DNA from: the human T2T-CHM13v2.0 reference genome, Homo sapiens | Reading direction: 5' to 3' (one strand) | DNA: 64,000 nucleotides | NCBI RefSeq assembly: GCF_009914755.1 | Contig: NC_060947.1 | Shown here: positions 11,821 to 24,460 of the stretch, one piece after another | Layout: each line of letters begins with the position of its first letter | Position numbering within the stretch: the stretch's first letter is position 1 | Position numbers and translations under genes: made by a program | The notes under the pieces: model-generated | What the model saw: the letters and a program-made list of their open reading frames with translations, nothing else | Told to the model about the DNA's origin: nothing | The model's database searches: none

Positions 11821-14800
11821 TTGGGTAAGACTATGTCAGAGGGAAGGTCTGGGATTCAAGGACTACTGTTCGGATTATTTTGTCCCATGGGGTTACTCCC
11901 TTGATGTGGTGTTTTCCCCCTTCCCCTAGGAATGGGGCATCCTGAGAGCCAAACTGTAGTGACTGATTTTGCTCTTCTGGGTCTAGCCACCCAGTAGAGA
12001 TAACATGCTCTAATCTGGTACTGGGAAGTGTCTGCAAAGAGTCCTGTGATGTGATTCATCTTCGGGTCTTGCAGCCGTGGATACCAGCACCTGTTCCAGT
12101 GGAAGTGACAGGGGAGTGAAGTGGACTCTGTGAGCGTCCTGTGTTGTGTTTTTGTTTAGTGCACTGGTTTTGTGTTGGTTGACCTCCAGCCAGAAGGTGG
12201 GTGCATCAGCTGCGGTCCCATAGGGAGGATGCAAACTTGCCCTAGGGACACCTGGTTAAGTATTCAGGTTTCTCAGGTGCTGGGCAAGGCCATAGAGCTC
12301 CCAAGAGATTATGGCCTTTGTCTTTGGCTACCAGAGCAGATAGAGAAAGACCACCACCAGGTGGGGGGCAAGGATAGGTATGTCTGAGCTCAGCCTCTCC
12401 TTGGGTGAGGTTTGCTGCACCTGCTGTGGGGTATGGGGGTGTGGTTCCCAGTCCCATGGAGTTGTATTCCCAGGGAGATTATGGCTGCCTCTGCTGAGTC
12501 ATACAGGTTGCCAGGGAAGTGGGGGAAATGTGGCGGTTACAGCCCTCACCCCACTCCCAGACAGCCCATAGTCCCAAAGGCCAGTCTCACTCCCACCATG
12601 CCACACCAACAGCACCGAGTCTATTTCCAGTCAGCCAGTGGCCAGGGCTGAGAGCTTGCCCCAGAACATGAGCCTCTTCAATGAGAAAAAAAGCAGACTC
12701 AGTTTTTCCGTGTCTCAGCGAGCCTGCAGGGGTGACCCAGTTCCTTCAAAGGGTCTGTGGATTCTCTTCGCTTTTCTGGTATGTTCCTGCAGTAGTTCTT
12801 GGAGCAAAAGTTCATGATGTGAGTCTCCACATGCTGCTCTGTCCATGCCAGTGGGAGCTGCAAGCTACTTCTGCCTCCTATCCACCATTGTAACCTCTCC
12901 ATTTTATTTATTCTGAACAAGTTTTGACACATGTTGAGATCTCTCACGCTAGCCTACATGTCTTTTAACTGAATTTTCTTATTTTCCTTTTCTGTCCCTT
13001 TATAAAAATATTTATTTATTCTGTTTGATTGGCAAGTAAAAATTGTTTCTTTGTATTGCATGTAACATGTTTTGAAATATGCATACATCTGAATGGCTAA
13101 TTAACATATGTATTACCTGACATATTCATTATTTTTTTGTGGTGAGAACACTTAAAATACACTTTCTTAGTAATTATTATAAATGCTATACATAGGAGAA
13201 AAACTACACTATATTGCTGTGGGCAACAACTTTTTACATTTGACTCCAAAAGCACAGGCAACAGAAACAAAAATAGAAAAATGGGATTACATTAAAATAA
13301 AAAGCTCCTGCATGAAAAAGGAAACTATCAATGGAGTAAAATGACAACTGACAGAGTGGGATAAAATATTTGCAAGCCATTCATCTGATAAGGGGATAAT
13401 ACACAAAATATTTAACTAACTCAAACAAATCAATATCCAAGAAGACAAATAATCTAATTCAAAAGTGAGCAAGAGACTTAAATATACATTTCTTAAAAAA
13501 TGCAAATGGCCATCGGATAGATAAAAAAAATGTTTAACATTACTAATCATTAGGAAAATGCAAATTAAAACCATAAGAAGATACTAACTCACACCTGTCA
13601 GAATGACTACTACCAAAGATGAAAGATAACTATTGAATATTGACAGGGATGTGGAGTATATGCATATACTCATATATATAATTTTTGTATGTTGATATTA
13701 TATCTTTCCACTTTACTGAATTTGTTCAATACTTATAATATTTTGGTGGAATCTTTTGAGTTTTCTATGCGTGTCAGCATATCTGCACACAGGAACAACT
13801 TAACTTTTTCTTTTTCAATGTGGATACTTTTTTGTCTTTATCTTGCCTAATTGCCCTGGCTAGGACTTCTAGACCTAATATGAATAGAAGTGGTGAGAGT
13901 GGGCATCCTTGTCTTGATTCTCATCTTAGAGAAAGGCTTTCAATCTTTCACTGTTGAGTATAATGTTAGCTCTGCATTTGTCATACGTGGACTTTATTAC
14001 GTTGAGGTACATTTCTTCTATACCTAATTTGTTGAGAAATTGTTTTAATCATGAAAGCAAGCAGAAGTTTGTCAAATGTTTTTTCTCCATTTATTGAGAT
14101 GGTCACATGGTTTTTGTCCTCGATTGTGCTATTTTGGTGTGTCATATTTATGAATTTTTGTAGATTTGCATATGTTGAATCAAACTTGTATCCTAGGGAT
14201 AAATATCACTTGATCAAGGTGAATGATCCCTATAATGTACTATTGAATTTGATTTTCTAGTATTTTGTTAAGGGTTTTTACATCTATGTTCATCACAGAT
14301 ATTGGTTTGTAATTTTCTTTTCTTATAGTAGTATCCTTACCTGGCTATGGTATCATGGAAATGCTGGCCTTGTAAAATGAGTTTGGGAAGATTTCCTCTT
14401 CAATTTTGTGAAGAATTTTGACAGGAATTGATATTAGTTCTTCTTTAAATGTTTGGTAACATTCAGTAGTAAAGTCATCAGGTCCAAGGCATTCTTTTTT
14501 TGATGAGAGAAGTTTTATTACTGATTTAATGTCCTTATTACTAGTCTCCTCAAATTTTTTTTATCTCATAATTCAGTCTTGGTAGGTTGTATGTGTTTAG
14601 TAATTTCTTCACTTATTTTAGGTTATCTAATTTGTTGGCATGTAATTGATGGTTGTAGCATCTTATGAGCCTTTGTATTTCTATGGTATTAGTTATAATG
14701 TCTCTTCTTTCACTTCTGATTTTATTTGAGTCTTCTCTTTTTTTCTCCTTAGTCTGAACATTTGTGGATTTTTGTTTTTCCTTTTACTAAATGAACACTT

Positions 14801-14858
14801 CGTTTCACTGCTTTTTCTATTGTTTTTCTATTCTCTATTTCACTTATTTCTGTTCTGA

Positions 14859-16623
14859 TTTTTTTTAAACTTTTATTTTAAGTTCGGGGTATACGTGCAG
14901 GATGTGCTGGTTTGTAACATAGGTAAACATGTGTCATGGGGGTTTGCTGTACAGATTATTTCATCACCCAGGTATTAAGCCTAGTATCCATTAGTTACTT
15001 TTTGTAATCTTCACCTTCCTTTCACCTTCCACCATTCAATAGGCCCCAGTGTCTGTTGTTCTATTCTATGTGTCCATGTGTTCTCATTATTTAGCTTCCA
15101 CTTATAAGTGAGACCATGTGGTGTTTGGTTTTCTGTTCCTGGGTTAGTTAGCTAAAGATAATGGCTTCCAGCTTCATCCATGTTCCTGAAGATGACATGA
15201 TCTCATTCTTTTTTATGGCTTTATAGTATTCCATGGTGTATATGTACCACCTTTTCTTTATCCAGTCTTTCATTGATGGGCATTTAGGTTGATTCCACGT
15301 TTTTGCTATTGTGAATAGTGCTGCAATGAACATACATGTGCATGTGTCTTTACGATAGAATGATTTATATTCCTTTATGTGTATACCTGGAACCGACCCA
15401 ACTGCCCTATAGGCTGTTCTTTTTGATACAGGCCTCTCATGAAAAGTATCAAAGAATCAAACCAGATTACTGCACCAGATGCCAGACCCTTCATCCACCA
15501 TGATTGCTTCCTTGCCCCTCCCAAGTTTCTGTTTTGCTTACACATTGTTACATTTCTTACCTGCTATGTAAACCCCTGGTTGGATTTGAGACTGAGCTCC
15601 CATCTCCTCAGCTGCAGCACCTGATTAAAGCCTTCTTCCTAGGCAATACTTGGTTTTTCAGTGATTGCAGAAATGAGACTGAACCCCTGGTGTTTTGGTA
15701 ACATACTCAGTAATGGAATTGCTAGGTCAAATGGTATTTCAGGTTCAGGTCTTTGACAGACTGTCACACTGCCTTCCACGATGGTTGAACTAATTTACAT
15801 TCCCACAACAGTGTATAAGCATTCTTTTTCTGCACAACCTCACTAGCATCGGTTATTTTTTGACTTTTTAATAATCACCATTCTGACTGGTGTGAGACGG
15901 TATCTCATTGTGGTTTTGATATGCATTTCCCTAATAATCGGTGATGTTGAGATTTTCTTCATATGCTTGTTGGCCACATGTATGTCTTCTTTTGAGATGT
16001 GTCTGTTCATGTCCTTGCCCACTTTTTAATGGCTTTTTTTTTCTTGTAAATTTGTTTAAGTTCCCTATAGTTGCTTGATATTAGACCTTTGTCAGATGCA
16101 TAGTTTGCTAAAATTTTCTCCCATTCTGTAGGCTGTTTACTCTGTTGATAGTTTCTTTTGCTGTGCATGAGGTTTTTAGTTTAATTAAATTCCTTTCGTC
16201 AGCTTTTGCTTTTGTTGTAATTGCTTTTGGCATCTTCATCATGAAATCTTCACACATGCCTATGTCCTGAATAGTATTGCCTAGGTTGTCTTCCATGGTT
16301 TTTATGGTTTTGTATTTTACATTTAATCCATCTTGAGTTAATTTTTGTACATGGTGTAAGGGAGGGGTCCAATTTCAATTTTCTGCACATGGCGAGCCAG
16401 TTATCCCAGCTCCATTTATTGAATAGCGAGTCCTTTCTCCATTGCTTGTTTCTTTCAGGTTTGTCAAAGATCAGACAGTTGTAGGTGTGCAAACTTATTT
16501 CCTGGTTCTCTATTCTGTTCCATTGGTCTATGTGTCCGTACTTAGGCCCACACCATACTGTTTAGGTTACTGTTGGTTACTGTAGCCCTGTAGCATAGTT
16601 TGAAGTTAGGTAGCACGATGCCT
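14859..16623 (-). mobile_element. 5'-truncated L1PA (about L1PA10-13) nested in L1MA
   Basis: 3' end ttttaagttcggggtatacgtgcaggatgtgc...ggtattaagcctagta; ORF2 C-terminus MFIAALFTIAKTWNQPKCPS (15148-15333). Confidence 0.88.
15388..15703 (+). mobile_element. Solo ERV1 LTR (LTR26-like), internally shortened
   Basis: TG...CA ends (tggaaccgaccca...ttttggtaaca), attaaa signal, 4-bp TSD tacc/tact interrupting contiguous L1PA sequence. Confidence 0.8.
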
Positions 16624-17315
16624 TTTTATTTTCTTTCTTCTACTAACATTGGGCTTAGTTTGTTTTTGATTTTCTAGTTTCTTGAGTTAAAACATTACAT
16701 TATTTGAGAAGTTTCTTCTTTTGTGATGTAGGCATTTATTTTTATAAACTTTTATTTTACGACTACTTTTGCTACATCCCATATGTTTGGGTAGGTTAAG
16801 TTTTCATTTTGATTTGTATAAAATATTTTTGAATTTCTCTTTGATTCTTCTTTGATCCATTGGTTGTTCAGGATTATGCTGTTTCATTTCCATGTATTTG
16901 TTAATTTTCTAAAATACTTTTTCATTGATTTCTATTTCCACACCACTGTGGTTAGAAAATATACTTGATACAATTTCAAACTTCTTCAATTTGTTAAGAC
17001 TTGCTTTGTGGTCTAACATGATCTATCCTGGAGAATCTTCTGTGTGTGCTTGAGAAAAATGATTCTTCGGTTGTTGTTGGATGGAATCCTCTATATATGT
17101 CTGTTAGGTCCATTTGGTCTAAAATTTAGTTTAAATCAGATATCTCCTTATTGGCTTTCTCTCTGGATGATCTGTCCATTGCTGAAAGTGGGATATTGAA
17201 GTCACCTACTATTATTGTATGACAGTCTATCAATCCCTTCAGATCTATTAATATTTGCTTTATATATTTAGGCACTCCAATATTGTATGCACATTTATTT
17301 ACAATTGTTACAGTC

Positions 17316-17426
17316 TCTTGATGAATTCACCCCTAAATTACCATGTAATGACCTTGTTTTAAAAAAGTTTTTAAAAAGTTTAAAACACGGTAATTATATG
17401 GTAATACAGGGGTGAATTCATCAAGA
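17316..17426. repeat. 48-bp inverted duplication (fold-back) with 15-nt spacer
   Basis: Arms 17316-17363 and 17379-17426 are reverse complements at 43 of 48 positions. Confidence 0.9.
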
Positions 17427-19028
17427 AAATATAACTATTTCTTTTAAATTTTTTGACTTAGAGTCCATTTTGTCTTATATAAGTATAGTATTTCTGTCTC
17501 TTTTAGTTCTCATTTGCTGGGCATATCTCTTTTCATCTTTTCACTTTCAGTCTATTTCTGTCCTCAAAAAGTGAAGTCAGTTTATTGTAGGCAGTATATA
17601 ATCTGCTCTTTTTTTTTTTTTGGCCATTGAGACACTCTGTAACTTTTAATTGGAAATATTAATCCACTTATATTAAGGTAATTACTGATAGGCAAGGACA
17701 GATTAGTGCCCTTTTTAAATTGTTTTGTAGATATCTATTCCTTTCATTCCTCTCTTGATGTCTTCCTTTTTGATTAGATGGTTTTCTCTAATGGTATGCT
17801 TTCATTTCCTACTTTTAATATTTTCTGTATCTACGTATATTTTTGCTTTGTGGTTACCACGATGCTTACATTCAGCATCTTATACTTATAATGGGCTATT
17901 TTAAGCTGATAAGCTCTCAGCTCTGATAACATAAAAGAAAATACTTTGGCTTCATCTTACCCACATTTTATATTTTTTAAAATAATTTACACCTTCCCGT
18001 ATTGTGTTTTCCTTAAAATTATTGCACATGTTATTCTTATAATAGTTTTGTCTTTCAACCTTCAAACTAAAGATACAAATGATTTACACAACACCATCAT
18101 GGTATTAAAGTATTCTCAAATTAACTTTTGCCAGCGAGTTTCTTACTTTAATGTGGTTTCATGTTGCTAATTAGCGCTCTTTTATTTCAGCTTTCAGAAC
18201 TCCCTTTGGTACTTCTTATAAGACAGGTCAGCTGGCAATGAATTTCCTCAGCCTTTTTTTGTCTGGGAAAGACTTGATTTTTCCTTCATTTCTGAAGGAC
18301 GGGTTTTTCAGTTAAAGTATTCTTGGTTGTAATTTTTTTCTTCAGCAGTTTGAATATATCTTCGTACAGTCTCCTAGCCTATAAGTTCCAGTTGAGAAGT
18401 CTGATGCTAGTCTTGTTGAAACTCCCTCATATATGGTTTGCTTTTTTCTTGCTGCTTTCAAGATTCTGTTTGCATTATATATTTAACAGTTTAATTATAA
18501 TATCTACTGATACACTAGTTTAGATTGACTCTAATGATGACTTTTGACCTTTTTATACCTGGATATTTATATCTTTCACCAAATTTGTTTTTTTCTATTA
18601 TGTCTTAAAGAATCTGTCTGGCCCTTTGTTTCACTCTACTTCTTGAATTTGTATAATTCAAATATTTGTTATTTTGCTGCTGCCCCAAATGTTCCTGATG
18701 GTTTCTTCATTTCCTTTTATTATTTATTTCTTCTGTGGTCGTGTATTTTTGAATAACCATTTTTAGTTCACACATTCTTTCTTCTAACTGAGCAATTCTG
18801 CTACTGATGATGTCTATTGCATTGTTTTAATTTATTGTACTACTTACTCCAGAATATCTGTTTCATTGTTTTAAATTCCAATCTATTAAATTTATCAGTT
18901 TGGTCATTTATTGTCTGGCAGGCGTTATTGAATTGTTTTTTCTGTATTTGTTTAAAATTCAAGAATTAAAATAATTATTCTGAATTATTAGGTAATTCAA
19001 AAGTCTCCATTTTGGAGGGTTTGGTTAC

Positions 19029-19397
19029 CCTATTAGTCCCTTTTCACACTGCTATAAAGATACTACCCAAGACTGGGTAATTTATAAAGGAAAGAGGTTT
19101 AATTGACTCACAGCTCCACATGGCTAGGGAGGCCTCAGGAAACTTACAATCATGGCAGAAGAGGAAGCAGTCACCTTCTTCACAAGGCAGCAGAAGAGAG
19201 AGTGAGTGCAAGCAGGAGAAATGTCAGATGCTTATAAAACTGTCAGATCTCGTAATATTCACTCATTATCACAAGAAAAGCATGGGGGAAACTGCCCCCA
19301 TGTTTCAATTACCTCCACCTGGTCCCACCCTTGACATGTGGGGATTATTACAATTTAAGGTGAGATTTTGGTGGGGGCACAGAGCCAAATGATATCA
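19029..19397 (-). mobile_element. Solo MaLR LTR (THE1D/MSTA-like)
   Basis: tattagtcccttttcacactgctataaagatactacc...cacagagccaaatgatatca; 5-bp TSD gttac (19024-19028, 19398-19402). Confidence 0.92.
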
Positions 19398-20076
19398 GTT
19401 ACTGGTGTATTTTTTTATTTGTATAAATTTCTGGGGAACAAATACAATTTTCTCACATTAATCGATTGTGTGGTAGTCAAGTCAGGGCTTGTAGAGTATT
19501 TATTACCTGAATAACATACATTGTGCCCATTAAGTAATTTCTCTTCATACATCCCCCTTACCCCCTCATCCTTCTGACACTCATATGTTTATCATTATGC
19601 TCTCTATGTTTATGTGTACACATTTTTAAAATCTCACTTATGAATAGGAACAAGTAATTTTTTTTTCTGTGTCTGACTTATTTCACTTAAGACAATGGTC
19701 TCCATTTCTGTTGATGTTGCTGCAGAAGACATGATTTCATTTTACTATGACTGAATAGTATTCCATTGTGTATCTAGACCACATTTCTTTATCCAATAAT
19801 CTGTTTGTGGTCACTTAGGTTTTTTCCATATCTTCGCTATTATAAATAGTGCTGTGATAAGCATACCAGTTCAGGTGTCTGTTTGGTGCATAGATTTCTT
19901 TTCTTTGGGTAGATACTCAGTAGTGAAATTGCTGGATCAAATGATGGTTCTATTTTTAGTTATTTGAGAAATCTCTATACTGTTTGCTGTAGGGGTTGAA
20001 CTAATCTACATTTCCAGAGACAGTGTATACACATTCCCTTTTCTCTGCATCCTTGCTAACATCTGTTGTTTTTTAA

Positions 20077-20519
<443 letters not shown>

Positions 20520-23127
20520 TAGGTCCTTTATCAAATTTTTAATAGAATTATTTGGTTTGTTACTGTTGTTGAATTGTTCGAATTCCTTGTGTATTTTGAA
20601 TATTAGTCCTCTGTCAGATTGCAAATATTTTCTCCCTTTCTGCAGGTTATCTGCTCACACTGCTGATTATTTTGCTGTGCAGAAAATGTTTGATTATCTA
20701 TTTTTCTGTGCAGAAGCTATCTAGTTTAATCAAGTCCTGTTTGTCTATTTTTGTTTTTATTATCTGTGCTTTTGAGGTATAGTCATGAATTCTTTGCCAT
20801 GGCAAAGAAGAGTTTTCCATAAGTTTCCTTCTAGTATTTTTGTACTAATTGATCTTCCACTTAAGTCTCTAATCCATCTTGTGTTGATTTTTGTATATGG
20901 TGAACGTAGAGGTCCAGTTTTATTTAACCCAATTTTCCCAGATCTGTTTTTTAAAATGGGTGTCCTTTTCCCAGTGTATGTTCTTATTGCTTTTGTCAAA
21001 GATAAGTTGGCTATAAATACGTGACTTTATTTCTGGGTTCTCTATTCTGTTCCATTGATTTATGTGTCTATTTTTATACCAGTACCATAGTGCTGGGTTA
21101 CTATGTTCTTGTAATATAATTTGAGATTAGATAATGTGATGCCTCAAGTTTTGTTATTTTTGCTTAGGGTTGCTGCAGCTATTCAGGTGTCTATTTGGTT
21201 CCATATAAAGTTTAAGATTGTTTGCTGTAATTCTGTGAAAAATGATATTGGTATTTTGATAGGGATTGGATTGAATATGTAGATTGCTTTGGGCACTATT
21301 GTATTTTATGACAAGATTAAGTTTTATAAATAAATATCATTTTAACTATTTTAATTCTTCCAATCTCTGAGCATAGAATGTTTTTCCACTTGCTTTTGTC
21401 ATCTACAATTTCTTTCTTCAGTGTTTTGTACTTTTCATTGTTGACATCTTTCACTTCTTTGGTTAAATATATTCCTATGTATTTTATTTTTAGTAGGTAT
21501 TATATATATGAGTGCCTGGTTGATTTTCTTTCCAACTGGGTTGTTTTGAAATATAGAAGCACTACTTATTTTTGTACATTCACTTTTATTCTGCAAGTTT
21601 ATTGAATTCATTTATCAAATTTAAGAGATTTTTGCTAGAGTGTTTAGGGTTTTATACATACAAGATCATATCATCAGACAATAGGAGTAGCTTGACTTTG
21701 TTCAAATTTGAATTCCTTTTAATTCTTTCTCTTGCCTTATTTTTTCTGTCTAGGACTTTCAATACAGTGTTGAAAGTGGGCACCTGTGTCATGTTCCAGC
21801 TCTTAGAAAAAATGTTTTTAACTTTTGTACTTTCTGTGTGATGTGGGCTGTTGCTTTCTCATATATGGCCTTTACTGTTTTGAGGTATGTTCCTTCTATA
21901 TCTAGTTTTTTGAAGGCTTTTGTGATAAAGAGATGTTGATTTTTTTCTACATTAGTTGAGATGACCATATGGTTTTTGTCCTTAATTCTGTTTATATAAT
22001 GAATCACGTTTATTGCTTTGTGTATGTTGAGCCATCTTACATCCTGGTATAAAATGCACTTGATAGAAATGCTATCTTTTTTATTTGCTCTTGGATTCAA
22101 TTTGCTAGTATTTTGTTCAGGATTTTTGGGCCCATGTTTATTAGGGGTATTGGTCTGTAGTTTCCTTTTTCTGTTTTGTTTTGTCCTTGTCTGCTTTGGG
22201 TTTCAGGGTAATGATGGCCTCATAGAACGAATTATCACTCCTCTTCAATTTTTTGGAACAGTTTGGAAAAAGTGGTACCAGTTCTTCTTTTAACATTTGG
22301 TAGAATTTGGCTATGATTCCATCTGGTCCTGATATTTTTCTTGTTGGGAGAATTTTTACTACTGATTCAATCTTGGGAGGCTGTGTATTTCCAATAGTGT
22401 ATCTACTTCCTGTAGGCTTGCTAATTTTAAGCATATAGTTGTTCACATTAGTCTCTGATGATCTTTTTGTATTTCTGTGATATCAGTTGTACTTTCTTAT
22501 TTTTCTTTTTGATGTTGTTTATTTGGATCTTCTACTTTCTTGCTTAGTTTAGCTAGTAGTTTATCCATTTTGTTTATCGTTTGAGCAAACTTCTCATTTC
22601 TTTCATCATTTGTATTGCTTTCCTTTTCTCTATTTCACCCTAGTTCTATTTTGATCTTTGTTATTTCTTTCCTTTTGCTGATTATGGGTTTGGTTTGTTC
22701 GTGCTTTTTTAGTTTGTTAATGTGCATAATTCTGTTTTTCATTTGTAATCTGGTTGATCATTTGTAACCTTTCTACTTTTTTTGTTGTAGGCATTTAATG
22801 CTATAAACTTTCCTGCTAGCTCTGATTTAGCTATATCTTTTAAGTTTTGGTATGTTGTGTTTACATTTTCATTTCTTTCAAAAATATGTCCAAAATTTAT
22901 TTTAATTTCTTCATTGCCTAATAATCATTCAGAATAGTGATGCTTAGCTTCCATGAAGTTTCTCTTGTTATTAATTTTTTGTTTTGTTCCAATCTGGACT
23001 GATAAGATACTTGATATCATTATTTTTGAAAATTTGTTGATGCTTGTTTTATGTCCTAACATATGTCTTATCTTGGAGAGTGTTCCTCGAGATAATAAAA
23101 AGAATGTATAGTCTTCAGATTTGAGGT

Positions 23128-23674
23128 TATATTAGTCAAGGTTCTCTAGAGGAATAGAACTAATGGGATAGATATATACACGAAGGGGAGTTTATTAGGA
23201 GAATTGACTCACACATTCACAAGGTGAAGTCCCACAATAGGCCATCTGCAAGCTGAGGAGAAAGGAAGCCAGTCCGAGTCCCAAAACTTCAAAAATAGGG
23301 AAGCTGAAAGTACAGCCTTCAGGTCATGGCCAAAGGTCCAAAAGGCCCTGTCAAATCACTGGTGTAAGTCCAAGAGTCCAAAAGCTGGAGAACTTGGAGT
23401 CTGATGTTCAAGGGCAAGACGCATCCAGCATGGGAGAAAGATGGAGGCCAGAAGACTTAGGAAGTCAGTTTTTCCACGTTCTTCTGCCTGCTTTTATTCT
23501 GGCCATGCTGACAGCTGATTAGACTGTACCCACCCACATTGAGGGTGGGTCTGTGTTCCCAGTCCCCTGACTCAAATGTCAATCTCGTTTGGCAACACCC
23601 TCACAGATGTACCCAGGAACAATACTTTGTATCCTTCAATCCAATCAAGTTGGCACTCAGTATTAACCATCACA
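23128..23674 (-). mobile_element. Solo HERV-L LTR (MLT2A2-like)
   Basis: attagtcaaggttctctagagg...ccaatcaagttggcactcagtattaaccatcaca; 5-bp TSD gaggt/ggggt; colinear with the LTR at 42748-43300. Confidence 0.9.
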
Positions 23675-24304
23675 GGGGTAGAATGCACTGTAAATGTCTG
23701 CTAGGTTCATGTGTTCTCTAATTTAAGACGAATGCTTCTGTGTTGATTTTCTGTCTTGATAATCTGTCTAATGCTTTAAGTGGGATGTTGAAGTTCCTCA
23801 CCGTTGTTGTATTGCTATATATTTATCTCTTTATTTCTAGTAATGTTTTATAAATCTGGGTGCATTGAGGAGTTTTTATCTATTATTTTATTATTAAGAT
23901 TTCTAAGCTTTTTTAACCTCACCCCCCGGAATATCAATAATTAATATATTCAGTTGCTTTATGTAGTCCCACATGTCTTGAAGGCTTTATTATTATTTGT
24001 TTTCCTTTATTTTTGTCTGACTGGATTTTTTCAAAAGGACTACTTTCAATTTCTGAAATTATTTATTCTGCTTGGTCTAGTCTATTGATGAAGCTCTCAA
24101 ATGCATTTTGTATTTCCTTCAATGAAATTTTCAGTTCCAGAATTTATGTTTGTTTTTTAATACATGTATCTGCTTGATAAATTTCTTATTCATATTCTAA
24201 ATTGACTTTCTGAGTTCTTTGTACTGTTTTATAGTTTTTCTTGCATCTCATTGAGTTTCTTTAAAATCAATATTTTAAATTATTTATCTTGGATTATTTA
24301 AAAC

Positions 24305-24460
24305 AAATTATTTTAATTATTGTGGGTACATAGTCAGTGTATATATTTATGGAGTACATGAGATGTTTTGATACAGGCACTCAATGTATAATAATCACAT
24401 CATAAAAAGTGGGGTATCCAGCCCCTCAAGCATTTATCCTTTGTGTTACAGACAATACTA
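24305..24460 (-). mobile_element. Short L1MA1/2-type 3' tip insertion
   Basis: ttgtgggtacatagtcagtgtatatatttatggagtacatgagatgttttgatacaggc...ccctcaagcatttatcctttgtgttaca; flanked by tatcttg(g/t)att. Confidence 0.75.

Larger units (their letters stand above)
8639..12899 (-). mobile_element. L1PB-type LINE-1: 5'UTR + ORF1 + ORF2 N-terminal half, 3' part absent
   Basis: ORF1 start MRRNQKNNSGNMTKQGSLTPPK (11482-11820); endonuclease fragment ...TDIYRIFYPTTAEYTFF...SDHSGIKLEI (9852-10232); L1PB-type 5'UTR; ends inside the RT region just before the FADD motif. Confidence 0.9.
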
